DNA from: the human T2T-CHM13v2.0 reference genome, Homo sapiens
DNA: 64,000 nt
Strand: one strand, 5' to 3'
Assembly: GCF_009914755.1 (NCBI RefSeq)
Contig: NC_060938.1
The notes below the pieces were generated by a model. The model worked only from the letters and a program-made list of their open reading frames with translations. It had not been told where the DNA came from and did not search any database. The translations under genes and the position numbers were made by a program. How positions within the stretch are numbered: position 1 is the stretch's first letter; every line of letters begins with the position of its first letter. Positions 1 to 17,139 of the stretch are shown here, one piece after another.

Positions 1-552
1 AAAAAAAATAATAACACCTATGGCACTGTACATAAAACAGTTACAGCAAATAAAAAAAATCATATCTTACTGTCTATAGATATTTTTGAGTAGATATTCT
101 TATATTTGTCTGAGAATATACAAATGTTATTTTTGTGTGTAATGGCTGTCTTTTGACATCCATTTTGAGAGGTAAAGGCTCACAACTTGTCTGTAAATAG
201 GCCAGATTGCTTAATATGGCTTTGAACTAATGTATTATCAGAGTACCCCTCCAGTGCTTTGTTTAGCTGGGAAATTTTCTGCATGGAGTCGAGAATCCTT
301 GTGCTTTAGAAGTTCATTCTGAAATGTTCATTGCTACTTTTAGGAAGTTCAGTGAATGCGACTTTGGCAACTTAATCTCAATAAAGGAAGATCACCTCTT
401 CAAAGTTCAGAAAGTGCCATCATTCTGACCTTTGTCACATAGCAGGAAATGAAGAGTAGCACCATGCCCTTTCTTCCTCTTTTCCCTGTCCGTGTTTCTC
501 AGTTCTTGACCCCTCTGTCTTCCTCTATACAAGAGAAATGACCTTATTTTAC

Positions 553-713
553 CTCTGTAATCCCCCAATAAAGGCACTGAACCCAACTTCTTGGGGTTAA
601 TTATCTGATCTTCTCTGGTCATCTTCCTACTCAAATCCTTTGTGCTGTTAGAATTTCCATCCAATTGTTGCGTTGCTTGCCCATTTGTTGGACCCTAGCA
701 GGGCAAAGTCAGG
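553..713 (-). pseudogene. Putative exon (161 nt, phase 2 to 1)
   Basis: TTGTGTCCTTTGTTAG| acceptor, GAG|GTAAAA donor; 53 codons with one TAG, same frame as ORF 407..664. Confidence 0.45.
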
Positions 714-1393
714 CTAACAAAGGACACAATCTTTTAGATACTGATATGAAATATGTATAAAATAGGAAATATTATGTATGTTTGTCTATTTTAAAAGAAA
801 TACAATCTTTGTTTCAATCTCAATCTAAAACAAGATTTACCATCTCTTTTAACAAAGCCCTCAGGAGAGTTTGTCCAAAAGCTGAACCAAATAATTTTCA
901 GGAGAGATATATTACACACTAAGTTCTCAATTTACCACCTAGGAGAATATTATAAAATGCAATAATACATGCACACGCAGACACAACATTTAAGCTATGT
1001 GTAGTTTATTTTGAAACGGTGTTTTTATGCAAATTTAAAAGTTCATTATTATTTTAAATGTATGAAATATTATATATTTTTTAAAAGGCATATATTTATA
1101 AGAAAAATTTGATTTTGCCTTATTTGTGTCAATTTCATTTGGATTTTCTTAAAGGCCCAAGATGTTCAAATACTCCTTATCACCACTGCATTTCTTACCC
1201 ATTTTTGATACCTAAGATATGTAAAAGAAATGGATTAAGACTTTATGGCTGCTAGAGTAAGTTAGCCTTACAATTTCCAAGTGAAGCAGAAAATATATAT
1301 TTACTCAATGCAAAATCCTGAGTTGATATTTAGCTTTATCCATACATACAGGTCTAGTGTTCACCACACTTGTTCTAGTCATTAATCACTTTA

Positions 1394-1809
<416 letters not shown>

Positions 1810-2892
1810 CTAAAGACTCTATTTCTGATGTATCTTGCATAGGACCCTTTTGAGAAAATGTAACCTTAAATAAAATATGTCCACAGGGAGGGAGGCATAG
1901 GGTTCAGATAACACAAATCAATGGTATTCTAAAATGGAATTTATAACTTCTGTGACTTGTCAATGTTAAATACTAAAAACCTGTAAGCTCCAGACATAAA
2001 CGCCTTCAGAGTGTGCTTAAGGAAATAAGCTCTCAGATTTAATACAATTTAATCTCATGACTACAAATCAACTATCTTTCTCTTATAATTTGTTGTTATG
2101 GAAAACTATGAACTCTTAAGTGTACTTAAAACCAGGAAATGTTCTTCTTAGTTTATACTAGTTATCAAAAGCGGTGGAAGAACATAGGAAGCTAACTCTG
2201 AGAAGCGGATATCTTTAGTAAATATGACTAAGGGATTATGACTTTTGTTGGTCACAGTGAATTGCCAGAATCCAGTGATTCAGGCAATTGTTTTTGCTAA
2301 GATGGTTTGATATAAGGTTATTTCTTTCAGGCGTAATATTTTTTAATGTCAGCCTTTACTAACCAAAGGAAAAGAGTCATGAAAAATGGATGAAGAAACA
2401 CATTTTAATCTAATGAATCATATCCTAAAAAATGACCAGCAAGTATAGTAGAGACATAATAGATTTCCTAAAGTTAAAATTACTAGTTATTTGCATAATC
2501 CCAACATTTGTCTGTTAAAACTAAATGTACCCACATATTTTTTTGTTTCAAAAAAGAACAGCAGGCAAAATAGCCATAGAGTGAAAATTCATGGATCTGA
2601 CAAAAATTATATATGATAAAGTCGATTTATGCTGAATAAATCCCCAATTTACTTTTTCTTTATTCGAAGTTTGAATATAGAACTGCTTCTTAGTTTTATG
2701 CCAACTTTTGAATAAATGAGTCATAAGAAGTAAAGCTATTTGTTGATAACAGAAAATATAATAACAGTAATCACATTTTGACATTTCTATTGCACCTTTC
2801 ACCTTGATAAAATCTAAGGCAATTAATCTGAAAGTCATTTCTCTACTCAGAATTTTCAAGCCCCAACTAAATCCAGTTATCTTCTAAGTTAC

Positions 2893-2937
2893 CTCGAAGT
2901 GTAAGCAGAGCATCCACTGCCCTGTTGGCCTGTCAAC
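2893..2937 (-). pseudogene. Putative exon (45 nt, phase 2 to 2)
   Basis: TATTCATGTAG| acceptor, GAG|GTAACT donor; open (K)LTGQQGSGCSAYTS. Confidence 0.4.
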
Positions 2938-4765
2938 CTACATGAATAGCACTTGCTGCTAACAGACTTCTGAGGCCAGGTGAATGTATATGGACCTTTA
3001 AATAATGGCCAGTAGGTCAAAAAAGCTAATGTCATTTCATATCCAGTAATGAATCATACAACTTCACTGACATTATATGTCAAGGCTAGGTATGCCCAGC
3101 CACTAAGCAGTTAATCTGTCAACCCAACAGAATATTAGTATCTTGAAGTTTTAAGGGCACTTGTACATTGTATAATTTAAATTCCAGCCAGGAAACAGGA
3201 AACAGTTTTACAACATTTCTGTCTTATCAACTGACTGTCTTAACATCTTCAGTAGATGGGCAATTCTAAGTGTCAGGAGAATATCTATGTTGTCTATAGG
3301 TTTAATCTTAGATGCCTATTTTTTATGTTGCTAAACACATATAAGACTTTCTAAGTATTTAAAAATCTGATGAATAAAAATTTAAAACACTATGCTAAAG
3401 GTACTAGAGGTTAAAAACCTCTAGAGTTTTTAATTGAGTTAGAAACACTATTGTAAAGGTTGGAATATAGCTTCACAGCACAGTGGTTGCACAAAGGAAG
3501 GAATAGCCATTCTACCTGGGTAAAAGAGTAGATCAGATAAGGCTTCATGGACATAATGTTTTATGGAAAAAATGTTATGCAAAAAATAGTATGGAATAAA
3601 ATTTTATTTGCATTATTACCTAAGTTACATAAAGAAAAAAATGAATAACAAAATGAAGGAGGCCAATGTATTAAACATGGTGCCTTTGCAGGCTTGAATG
3701 ATGGTTTTTGTTTTGTTTTGTTTTGCATAGTTAGGGGATCATGTAATATTTGATATTCAGGTGAAAAAAGTCAAAACAACAACAAAATTTGTGGGAACTA
3801 GAATAAAACACATTGGGTCTACTTGAGGAAGAAGATGATTTTTTTCATAATCACCCCTTTCCTACTTTAATTAGCTAGCATCAGAGAAGAGAGTACTTTC
3901 AAGAGAAAGGGTAAAGAATCCTAAATGGATCTACCACAGAGACAAACTTAATAATTCTACTACCTCTACAACAGTTAGATAACATTCACCGTGAGACAGC
4001 TGAGTATATGTCGGCTTCTAAACTATAGCATGCAGGCACGTAAAACAGTATTTGCATTAACACACTCTTTATGAAATGAATTTGAAAGACTTTTCTGAGT
4101 TGTCCTGAAAAAAAAAAGCAGCCTCCCACAGCTGGCTCCTCTATTTTTGGCTTCTCCTATCCCTGTTTTCATGGCAGCTGAGAAATATTAATGTGAGAAA
4201 AGTATCTTTTATTTTAGTCTTTAGAAAAGAACTCAACAGAAAACCCTGCAACTTCAGCAGTAGATGATAAGAGTTCCAAGATCACACTGTGGAAGTACAT
4301 TATTGAAACAACCTGTAGGAAAGGGAACATAATATAAAATAATATGTTCCACTTACATATGACATACCCAAAACTTATGCTGTTTACATATAATGATTAA
4401 ATTAACATATTTTGCCAAAAGTTAATAGGTCCCCTAGGAATGATTATATAAAATAGGTTTGTAATCAATCTCATACAGAGAAAAGGCACAGTGGAAGAAA
4501 AAAGATTTATTTGATCCACCACCATTCAACAGAAACAAGTGATGAATAGATCTATTTGAAGATTGGAGAAACATTTAGCTTTATGAGAAATTTTCCTCCT
4601 GACGTTTCCTATGATACATGCATACATATAAAATCAAATGCTTCATGACATTAATCTAGAAAAAAAGTACCTGCCACATTTGATTCAGCAAACTGGCTTT
4701 TAAAAAGAAATACAGAATTTTAGTCCCATATCCAAACCACATTTGAAAGAGTAATGACAAGTTAC

Positions 4766-5250
4766 TTGAGTTTTATTGACTCAATCAGATCATATGGTGA
4801 GTCATTTCCAGACATATCGATAAACTCATTGATTCCTCTCATTCTTGTAGTCACTGGACTATAGAAAAAAGGATCAGTAGCCATTTGACCTTCATTGTGT
4901 ATTAAACAAACACCAGATGGCAAGGATTCATTCAGGAAATCCATTCTTTCTTCTTCATAGTCATGTTCACACTGTTGCTTCCCACTGAGCCTTTATCTCT
5001 GTTTGTCATGGTGCCAGAGCTGCCTGCATAGCACCTTTCATGCATCACAGCTTTCAAATCTTGTCCCATTAGTTTCATTTTGTTTCCATCATAAATAATC
5101 TTCCACTTTCTCATACACTCTTTCATTATCTAATAATGGGCTGGGTCATTATACAAAGGAGCCAAGTATTAAAGGGTTAGTGAATACAGTTTGTCCACTT
5201 GGTTTCTGGCCAGTGTGTGAACTATTTATTAAACAGATGAATTTATGCAA
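4766..5250 (-). pseudogene. Putative large exon (485 nt, phase 0 to 2)
   Basis: TCTCTCTTTTTTTTAG| acceptor, CAA|GTAACT donor; 161 codons in one frame with 5 stops, the last ~75 codons open (includes ORF 4762..4944); sequons NSS, NET, NGT, NES, NDS. Confidence 0.55.
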
Positions 5251-6248
5251 CTAAAAAAAAGAGAGACCTAAAGAATACAAACATCCTCATCCTGCTAACA
5301 AGTTTTCAAGAACACTAGACATAAAAATGAGGACATTTTAATCTCAAATTGGAAACTTTAAAGCACTATACCATGAGCATTAATCTAATTCAACCTAATT
5401 ATTTCAAGAAACACACAAAAGCAAATACGCTATCCACTGAAACATTCCATCACTATTTCTTTCCTTGGCCATTCCCTAGTCTCATTTGGACATCAGCCAG
5501 CCATCTAGAAGTGTTGAAATGCTGGTAAGCATTAACAAGCCAAGTGACTCCATTCTAACGGCATTATCCTATGAGTAAATTTCACAGAGTCCAAGAAGGG
5601 AGGCTTGTCTTTTTGGACAATGTTGTACACAGACAAAATAAGAAAGCTGGACGTTATGTAAGATTTATCGCCGACACTACAAAGTTTAGTACAAACAAGG
5701 AGTACTCTCTGGTCTCAGCAGAGTGGTTCCTCAGTGTTCATAGGAAGTTAAATGTTGAGCAAATAAAGTATGCTGACAGCTAAAATCAGATTCTGCCCAT
5801 ATTTAAGGAAAAGTTAAGAAGTTTAGAATGCAGCGTGTAGGATGCTGTGAATATGTCAGCACTGAGTTAAGTCATCCCAGACTATTATTCTTACAGGCAG
5901 GCCAATTATCAGGGGATAATTAGACTGATAATGAGCATTCTGACTGGTTGAGAGGTTCCTCCGAGGGTAGAGCACCCCCTGCCCTTATAAGGCTGTCCTC
6001 TGTGCCAAGAATGGTATGTTATAAATGGGACTTTTAAAAGAATATCATATTTTTGAGAAAAACAAGTTTACACTGATTAAAAATAAGGTGTTGAATTCTA
6101 AACTTATTTTTAATAATGAAATCCTTGTTCCATACAGCTATGTAGTGAAACAAAATGGAGGTAATTCAGCTACTTTGTTTTTTTGTAAAATATTTCTATT
6201 CTATGAAAGTATCTCAACTATATCTAGAAAACTGGAAAAGAATAAAGA

Positions 6249-6511
6249 CACACTTATGATCCCATCTCTGAGGTGGGTGGATCACCTGAGGTCAGGAGTT
6301 GAAGACCAGCTAGCCAACATGTTGAAAACCCGTATCTACTAAAACTACAAAAATCATCCAGGAATGGTGGCACACCCCTGTAATCCTAGCTACTCAGGAG
6401 GCTGAGGCAGGATAATTGGCTTGAACCCAGAGGCAGAGGTTGCAGTGAGCCGAGACCACACTTCTGCACTCCAGCCTGGGCAACAGAACGAAACTCCATC
6501 TAAAAAAAAAA
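6249..6511 (+). mobile_element. AluS, 5'-damaged
   Basis: GATCACCTGAGGTCAGGAGTT, A-rich linker, right arm and short A tail; first ~15 nt absent and a small internal deletion. Confidence 0.9.
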
Positions 6512-6515
6512 TAGA

Positions 6516-6798
6516 GGCCGGGTGCGGTGGCTCATGCCTGTAATCCCAGCACTTTGGGAGGCCGAGGTGGGCGGATCACGAGGTCAGGAGACCGAGACCA
6601 TCCTGGATAACACGGTGAAACCCCGTCTCTACTAAAAATACAAAAAATCAGCCGGGCGTGGTGGTGGGTGCCTGTAGTCCCAGCTACTCGGGAGGCTGAG
6701 GCAGGAGAATGGTGTGAACCTGAGAGGCGGAGCTTGCAGTGAGCCAAGATAGCGCTGCCACTGCACTCTAGCCTGGGCGACAGAGCGAGATTCCGTCT

Positions 6799-6843
<45 letters not shown>
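6516..6843 (+). mobile_element. AluY with 44-nt pure poly(A), directly behind the older Alu's tail
   Basis: GATCACGAGGTCAGGAGA, AACACGGTGAAACCCCGTC and GGCGGAGCTTGCAG AluY motifs; many CpGs retained; A-run 6800-6843. Confidence 0.95.
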
Positions 6844-6845
<2 letters not shown>

Positions 6846-6989
6846 AGTCAATTTAAATCTGGAGTTTTAAATACATTTTAATGCACTGCTGTAGCATTTG
6901 TATGAGTAATTATTCTATTATGTACTGTTATATGACAGCAGTAAACTCATCATATTAAGCCCTACATATGACAACATATTTAATTAAAT

Positions 6990-7315
6990 ATTTTCTGCCT
7001 GGAATCCTCTTTTCTTCTTTCTTCCAACAGTTAACTTCTACTTAATCTTTGACTCCAGCTTAACTTTCAGTTCCTTAGGGAGAATATTTCTTTGACTCCC
7101 CTGAGCCAAATTCTTATTATGCACACTTACACACTGTCTCTTCCTAGCCCTTATCGTAGTATGTGATTATTTGATTAATGTCCATCTCTTCCAACCAATA
7201 ACAACCTCCATAAGGGCAAAGTGATTCCACTTTTGCTTAATATTCTATTCCAGAAGAGGATCAGGCACATAATAGGTGCTCAATAAATAATCGTTGAATG
7301 AATGAATAAATGAAC
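6990..7315 (+). mobile_element. L2 3' end
   Basis: GGCACATAATAGGTGCTCAATAAAT...TTGAATGAATGAAT terminus. Confidence 0.8.
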
Positions 7316-7443
7316 AAACTTAAAGCATTTTCTGTGTTCTTCCAGACTGTGATATGTAAAGAAAGAAGAGCAAATGGTTTGTGTATTGCCCTATCAATAA
7401 GAGTACATATAGCTAAGGATGGCATCTGCTCTGATTCCATCAC

Positions 7444-7487
7444 CTCAGCACTTTGCACTTGAATGTCATTGGTCAACCAGCACGATC
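7444..7487 (-). pseudogene. Putative exon (44 nt, phase 1 to 0; 3' end uncertain)
   Basis: CTCTGTTATTTTCTTCTAG| acceptor; SCWLTNDIQVQSAE; donor GAG|GTGATG is weak and the frame stays open beyond it. Confidence 0.4.
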
Positions 7488-10400
7488 CTAGAAGAAAATA
7501 ACAGAGCTGCAATCATGTGAATGACGGTATAGGAAGAAAAAAAAACGAGAAAACAGGTAAAGAAAAATAAATTGCTTAAAGCTCCCAGTAGTCCCAATTG
7601 TCGATAATTGTTTACTGGGAACAACATTTTACTTTGAATGGAAGAAACTTCTTCATGGCTTTCAGGGTGGCTTCTGGTTTCATATACAGCTACTCAGGTT
7701 AGAAAGGCTAGAAACTTGAAAACTACATTAAAAGCAATTCATCATATACTGCTTCATTTCACTGAGTTCAAACTACAGAATAAAAATAACCAACCATTTC
7801 CAACCTAAACTGTAAGTCACAAACCTTATCTCAAATGGCAACTTAAATCTCTTTTAAACTCTGCTCAATTTTTACCAACATTTACAAACCTCATCATGTG
7901 TTTCAATTTTATCTCAATTGCTAATATGGTCTGAAATACTTGGTTAATGGTGTAGAAAATTCATTTTTTAAATAACTGACAATTGCCCATTGTTTTTTAT
8001 TATATAAATTGGAAATTCAATTGTAAATCCATATATAAATAAATTATGTTTCAGTACCTACAAAGTTTTATGTTTTATGGCAATGTATGTTTTAAAAGTC
8101 TGAAAAATTAAATTATTTCATTGACCCTTTTTTCTCTCACCAGCATATTATTAAGAAAACTCAGCCATGGCATGTAATTTTTCAACGAATAAACTATGTT
8201 TTAGAGAAGTTTTAGGTTAGAGAAAAATTGAGAACAAAGTACAAAGAGTTTTCACGCACTATCAACATCCCACACCACAGTAGTACATTTGTTATAATCA
8301 ATGAACCTAACCTACACTGACACATTATTATCATTCAAAATTCATAGTCTATATAAGGGTTTACTCTTGGTGCTGTACATTCTACAGTTTTGACAATTTA
8401 TAATGACATGTGTCTACCATTGTAGTACTATACAGAGTAGTTTCACTGCTCTAAAAATCTTCCATGCTTCGCCTATTTATCCCTACCTCTCCCCTAAACC
8501 CTGGCAATCGCTTATATGTTTACTGTTTCCATAGTTTTTCCTTTTCTAGAATGGCATATAATTTGAATTACATAGTGTGTTAGTCTTTTAAGACTGGCTT
8601 CTTTCACTTAGTAATATGTAGTTAAATTTCCTCCATGTCTTTTCATGCCACGATAGTTTAGTTTTTTAAGCACTGACTAATATTCCATTGTCTGAATCTA
8701 CCACAGTTTATTTATCCATTCACCTAGTAAAGGACATCTTGGTTGCTTCCAAGTTTTGACAATTATGAGTAAAGCTGCAAAAAACATGCATTTGCAGGTT
8801 TTTGTGTGAAAATAAAGTTATATTCATTACGTAAATATCAAGGAGCACCGTTGCTGGATTGTACAGTAAGAGTGTGATTTGTTTTGTAGAAAACTGCCAA
8901 ACTGTTTTTGAAAGTTACCTTGAATTCTCATCAGCAATAAATGAGAATTTTGTTGCTCCATATCCTCACTAACCTTTGGTATTGTCAGTGCTTTAGATTT
9001 TGGTCATTCTAATAAGTGTGTAGCGGTATCTCATTATTGTTTAAATTTGCAGTTCCCAATGAAATATGATGTCTAACATCTTTTCATGTGGTTACTTGCC
9101 ATCTGCATATCTTCTTTGGTGAGAGTCTGTTCAAGTCTTTGTCCATTTTTATTCAGGTTGTTTATTTTCTTATTGTTGAGTTTTAAGTGTTCTTAGTATA
9201 TTTTGGATAACAGATGTTTATCAGATGCGTCTTTTGCAAAAATTTTTCTCCAAGTCTTTAGTTTGACTTATTCTCTTCACATTGGAGTTCACAGAGCAGA
9301 AGTTTTGAATTTTAGTTTGGTAGTTTCGCATTTTACATTTGGGTCTATGATTCATTCTAAGTTAATTTTTGCAAAGGATTTAAGGTCTAGACATAGTTTT
9401 TTTTTTTTTTTTTTTTTTTTTTGCATGTGCATGTTTAGTTGTTCCACCCTTATTTGTTGAAATGACCATCTTTGCCTACTTGCATTTCCTTTGATCCTCT
9501 GTTAAATATTAGTTGACTATATTAATACGGGTCTATTTCTGAGCTCTATTCTGTTACATTGATCTATTTGTATATTCTTTCACCAATGCCACACTGTCTT
9601 GATTAATGTAGCTTAATAGCAAGTATTATGTCATCGGAGTGTGTTAGTTCTCTGACTTTGTTCTTCCCCGTCAATATTGAGTTGGTTATTCTGGGTCTTT
9701 TGCCATTCTATATAAACTTTAAGAACAGTTTGTCAATATCAAAAAATAAAAATAAAAATAAAACTTGCTGAGATTTTATTCGGACTGTATTGCATCTATA
9801 GTTCAAGTTTGGATGAAGTGACATCATGACTATATGGAGTATTCCTGTCCATGGACATGGACTCTCTCGCCAAATTTTATTTAGATTTTTGTTGTATTGT
9901 TCATCAGAGTTTTGTAGTTTTTTCCATAGAGATCTCGTACGTGTTTTGTTAGGTTTATACTTATTTCATTTTTTAGTGGTAACTAAATGGTAATGTGTTT
10001 TTAATTACAAATTTCACTTTTTATTGCTGGTATATGAAACTGATTGACTTTTATGTACTAAACTTATATTGTGCACCCTTGCTAAAATTGTTTGTTAGTT
10101 CCAAGAGATTTTTTGTCAATTTTTAAAAATTTTCTACATAGATAATCATGTCATTTGCAAACAAAGAGAGTTTTATTTTTTCTTTCTATATCTGTATACT
10201 TTTTCTTTTCCTTTCTTTTCTTTTTGTCTTATTGCATTAATTAGGACTTCCAATATAATGTTGAAAAGCAGTGGTGATAAGGAATGTCTTATTTTGTTCC
10301 TTATCTAAGTGGGAAAGCCTAAGTATTACATTAGCTATAGATTTTTCTATTTTTTTTTAATCAAGTGAGGAAGTTCCCTGTATTCCTAGCTTCCCAAGAG

Positions 10401-12131
10401 TTCTCATCATGAATGGAAGTTGGATTTTGTCAGATGATATTTTTGAATTTATTAATATGATCATGTGATTTTTATTCTTTAACTTGTTGGTGTAATTGAT
10501 TGCATTAACTGACTTTCAAATGTTGAATGAGCTTTGCATGCTTGGATAGGCCCAAGTGGTCATGGTGTGCAATTCTTCTTAAATATATTGCATTGGATTT
10601 GCTTATATATTTTGAGCATTTTTACATCTATGTTCATGAGAGATATTTATCTAAAGTTTTCTTTACTTGTAATGTATTTGTCTGCTTTTGGTATTCAGGC
10701 AATGCTGGCCTTATAGAATTAGTTTGTAAGTATTCCCTTTGCTTACACCTTCTGGAAGAAATTGTAGATAATTTGTTTAATTTTTTTCCAAATGTTTGGT
10801 AGAATTCAACAGTAAACCAACTGTGATTGGTGTTTTCTGTTTTATAGGAATACTGATTATGGATTCCATTTCTTTAATAGATATAAGACAATTTATGTTG
10901 TCTAATTTCCACTGTGTGGACTTTGGCAGGTATATCTTTTAAGAAATTTGTTCATTTTATATAAGTTACCAAATCTGTGGGCATAGAATTTTCCATAATA
11001 TGACTTGATTATCATTTTAGTATCAATCATATCTAAGGTGATGTCTCCTCTTTTATTTCTGATAGTAGCGTTTTGTGTCTTTTCTCTTTTTTTCTTAGGT
11101 ATCCTGGCTAGAGGCTTATCAATATTATTGATCTTGTCAAAGAATCAGCTTTTGGTGTCACTGATTTTCTTCTATTTCCTGTTTGCAATTTTGTTGATTA
11201 CTGCTCTGGTTTTTATTTCCTTTCTCCCGCTTATTTGGACTTAATTTGCTCTTTTTTTCCCTAATATTTTAAGGTGGAAGCTTAGATAATTAATATTAAA
11301 TCTTTCTTCTTTTCTGTTATATACATTCTATGCTATAAACTTTCCTCTATGCTGCTTTTGCTACATCCTACACATTTTGATGAGTTGTATTTTCATTTTA
11401 ATTTGCTTTATATGTTTTTTATTTTGAGATTTTTTTCTTGGAAGCAATTGTTATTTAGAAATGCCTTATTTAATATTCAAATATTTTGGGATTTTCCAGC
11501 TTTATTTCTGTAGTTTATTTTTAGTTTAGTTCCACTGTGGTATTAGAGCAGATATTGCATAATTCCTGTTCTTCAAAATTTGTTAATATATGTGTTATGG
11601 CTCAGAATGTGGTCTATCTTGAATGTTTAATGTATTCTTGAGAAGAATGTGTACTCTGTTGTTGTTCAATGAAAAAGTCTATAGATGTTATTTATGTCCA
11701 GTTGATTAATGATGCTGTTAAATTCAACTATATCTTTACTGATTTTCTGCTCAACTGATTGGTCGATTGATAGATTTATAATAGATATGTGTTAAAATCT
11801 CCAACTGTAATAGTGTATTCAACTATTTCTCCTTGCTGTTTTATCTATTCTTTCTTCATGTGTTTTGACACGTTGTTGCTAGGCACATACACACCAAGGA
11901 CTGTTAGGTTTTCTTGTGGTATTTTCCCCTTTATCATTATTTAATGCCCCTCTATATGCCTGATACCTTTCCTTGCTCTAACGTCTGGTTTGTCTAAAAT
12001 TAATATAGTATTCTCACTTTCTTTTGAGTAGTGTTAGCATGGTATATCTTTCTCCTTCCATTTACTTTTAATAGATATGCATCTTTATATTTACAATGAA
12101 TTTTTTTTAGGCGTCATATATTAGGTCTTGA

Positions 12132-14154
<2,023 letters not shown>

Positions 14155-15642
14155 TAAAGTAACTATTCGTATAGTTTGATTAATACTTACTGTATTTGTT
14201 ACTGTTTTCTGTGTTTATTGCCTTTGTTCCTATTTTTGTCTTTACACTTTTTCTGTCCTTTGTAGGGTTAATTGAGCATTTTATTTGATTTTATTTTATC
14301 TCCATCCTTAACATATAATTCTTTTTTTACTTGTTTTGTGTTTGTCCTCAAGTTTACCATAGATATGTATAACTAATCTAAGTCTACTTTCAAATAGCAC
14401 TATAAAATACTTGTAAGACAAGTAGCATATGATAACAATTCTAATTCCTTTCTCCAGTTCTTTCTATTGTTATCATTTATTTCCCTTATGCATAAGCATA
14501 TATATATACATAAGCATATACAATAAAATACATTACTGCTATTATTATTTTGAGCAAACTGCTATTTGTTAAATTAAGAACTTTAAAAACAAATTAAGAA
14601 AAATTTTACCTTTACTTATTTTTTTTCTAATGCTCTTTCTTTATGTAGTCCGAAGTTTCTGACGTATATCATACTCCCTCTCTCTGAAGAACTTCTTTTA
14701 ATTTTTCTTGTATGGAAAATCTATTAGCAAAAAAAAAAAAATCCCTCAATGTATTTTTGTTTGAGTTAAGTCTTTATTTCTCCTTCATTTTCAAAGAATA
14801 ATTTCACAAGGTCAGAATTCTAGGTTGGTTTATATATTTTTTTAACATGTCACTCTACTCTCATATTGCTTGCAGTGGTTCTGAGGAGAGTTTGGATGCA
14901 ATTCTTATCTTCACTCCTCCATAGGTAAGATTTTTTTTTTCTTTTCTGAGTTTTTTTCTTTATCTTTTATGTCCTGAAGTTTAAATATGATTTATCTAGG
15001 TGTAGTTTTTTTTGTCATTTGTTCAGCTTACTGTTCTCTTCGCTTTCTGGATCTGTGGTTTGGTGTTTGACATTAATTTGGAAAGATTCTCAATCATTAT
15101 TGCTTCAAAGATTGCTTCTGCTCCTTTTTTTCTTTCTTTTCCTTATGGTATTAGCATTAAACATATGTTACATCTGTAGTAGTTGTCCCACAGCTCTTGG
15201 ACATTCTGTTCTCGGGTATTATTTTTTCCAGTCTGTTTTTCTTTGTTTTTTAGAATTGAGGGTTTTTATTGTCATTGCCTAAAACTCAGAGATTTTTTGC
15301 CCATCAAAGACATGTTTCCATTCAAAGGCATTTTTCATTTCTGTTGTAACATTTCTTATCTCTAGCATTTTTATTTTTTCTTAGAATTTCTATCTCTATG
15401 CTTATATCATTCATATCTTCTTTCACATTGTCTACTTTTCCATTTAACCCTCTAGCATATTTATCATAGTTTTTTTTCTTTTAAAATTTTTGGTCTGATA
15501 ATTCTAACACATTCCCATCACATCTGATTCTGGTTCTGATACTCTATTCAGTTGTGATAAAATGTGTTGTGTTGCCTGTTAGTATGCCTTGTAATTTTTT
15601 CGAAAGCTTGGCATGATGTACTGAGTAAAAGAAATCATTGAT

Positions 15643-15997
15643 GGCTGGGTGCGGTGGCTCACACCTGTAATCCCAGCACTTTGGGAGGCTGAGGAGGACA
15701 GATTATGAGGCCAGGGGATCAAGACCATCCTGGCCAACATGGTGAAACCCCATCACTACTAAAAATACAAAAAAATTAGCTGGGTGTGGCAGTGTGCACC
15801 TCTAGTCCCACCTACTTGAGAGGCTGAGGCAGGGAATTGCTTGAACCTGGGAGGCGAAGACTGCAGTGAGCCAAGATCATGACATTGCACTCCAACCTGG
15901 CGACAGAGCAAGGCTCTGTCTCACAAAAAAAAAAAAAAAAAAAAAAAAAAGAAAAGAAAGAAAGAAAAAAAGAAAGAAAGAAAGAAAAGAAAAGAAA
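15643..15997 (+). mobile_element. AluSc-like SINE with A tail and (GAAA)n extension
   Basis: GATCAAGACCATCCTGGCCAACATGG; TSD AAAAGAAATCAT(T/G)G on both sides. Confidence 0.93.
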
Positions 15998-16519
15998 TCA
16001 TGGTAAATATGCATTTCGTAATGTAGTGAAAATCATAAGACCCTATAGTTTTATAATTAGGTTTTAATTTCTTAATAAGCCTGTACCTCTGGGCTATAAA
16101 CTTCCCAAATGCTTCTTAATTTACCCTCCCCTTACTTAGGTGGAAGAGAATGGCTAGAGGGTGATGACACTGGATATCTCCCTTCCCCAAGATCAATTAG
16201 GTCCTGACATAACCCCAACAGGTAAGGCTCTGTTAAAAAAAAAAAAATCCTCCTGAGGGCATTCCTTGTTAAGAAAAACAGAATGCTCTGGCATATTTCA
16301 AAATGGATTCTTTTCCCCTCCTTCAGGTCACCATGCCAGAAGTTAAAAGAAGCTCCTGAATTTATGGTATTCATGGAAAGTTCTCCATAATACCACCCTG
16401 CAAAAATTACAACCTGACTTGGTGCTGATCATTTTGCTGTTTCCTCTGTAATTATAAGATGCCCTGGACTGCCCTGCATTCTGAAAATATAACCCCCAAA
16501 ATCCTATGATTAGAGAGCA

Positions 16520-16755
16520 ATCCTCCTGCCTTGACCATGCATGCTCATTCCCTATGCTACTTCTCTCTTTATTTTTCTCAGTAGCAATTATTACTATATG
16601 ATATTACTCACAAACAAATGTAGTTTACCTCCCCTCAACTTCACTAGAAGGTTCTGTGAAGTCAGGAACTGTGTCTCTTTGGTTAGCTGTTGTATACAGG
16701 GCCTAGAATAGTGCCTGTATAAAATAGGTTTGCAAATATTTCTCGAATGGTTGAT
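16520..16755 (+). mobile_element. L2 3' fragment
   Basis: GCCTAGAATAGTGCCTG...TAGGTTTGCAAATATTT...GAATG. Confidence 0.7.
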
Positions 16756-17139
16756 TCCCTCACAAGTGAAAAAGATTTTCAAACAAAGTGACTCTATGTC
16801 TAGGATGTCAGTCAGTTTGGATAGTTTTAAGACTCAGCTGACTTATTCTATTTGACTAGCAAATGCGTGCAGTCAAAATGTCATTATGTAGGTATAATTT
16901 ATATGATAGCTTCTCACTAACATAATTAAATGTAAAGTTATTTGCATTTCTCAAAAATACAAGCCCAATGGTACTCAGTCTCTAGGGCACACACACAAAA
17001 ATGAACAGAACTCACTAAAGGAGGTTTAGTAATCTTTTAAATACTATCATATTAATATAGAAATGCTTATTCTATATAACATTTTAAATATTTTAGTAAA
17101 ATAAAATGTTATGGCTAGAAAATAAAGTACTAAAACCTT

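Noticed and set aside
2548-2859. 103-aa minus-strand ORF in unique DNA
   Set aside because: Non-ATG start, no splice boundaries, low-information AT-rich composition; falls in a predicted intron.
5880-6020. GATA motifs and a partial CTCF-like GCAGGGGGTGCTC on the minus strand
   Set aside because: Incomplete motif match and no independent support.
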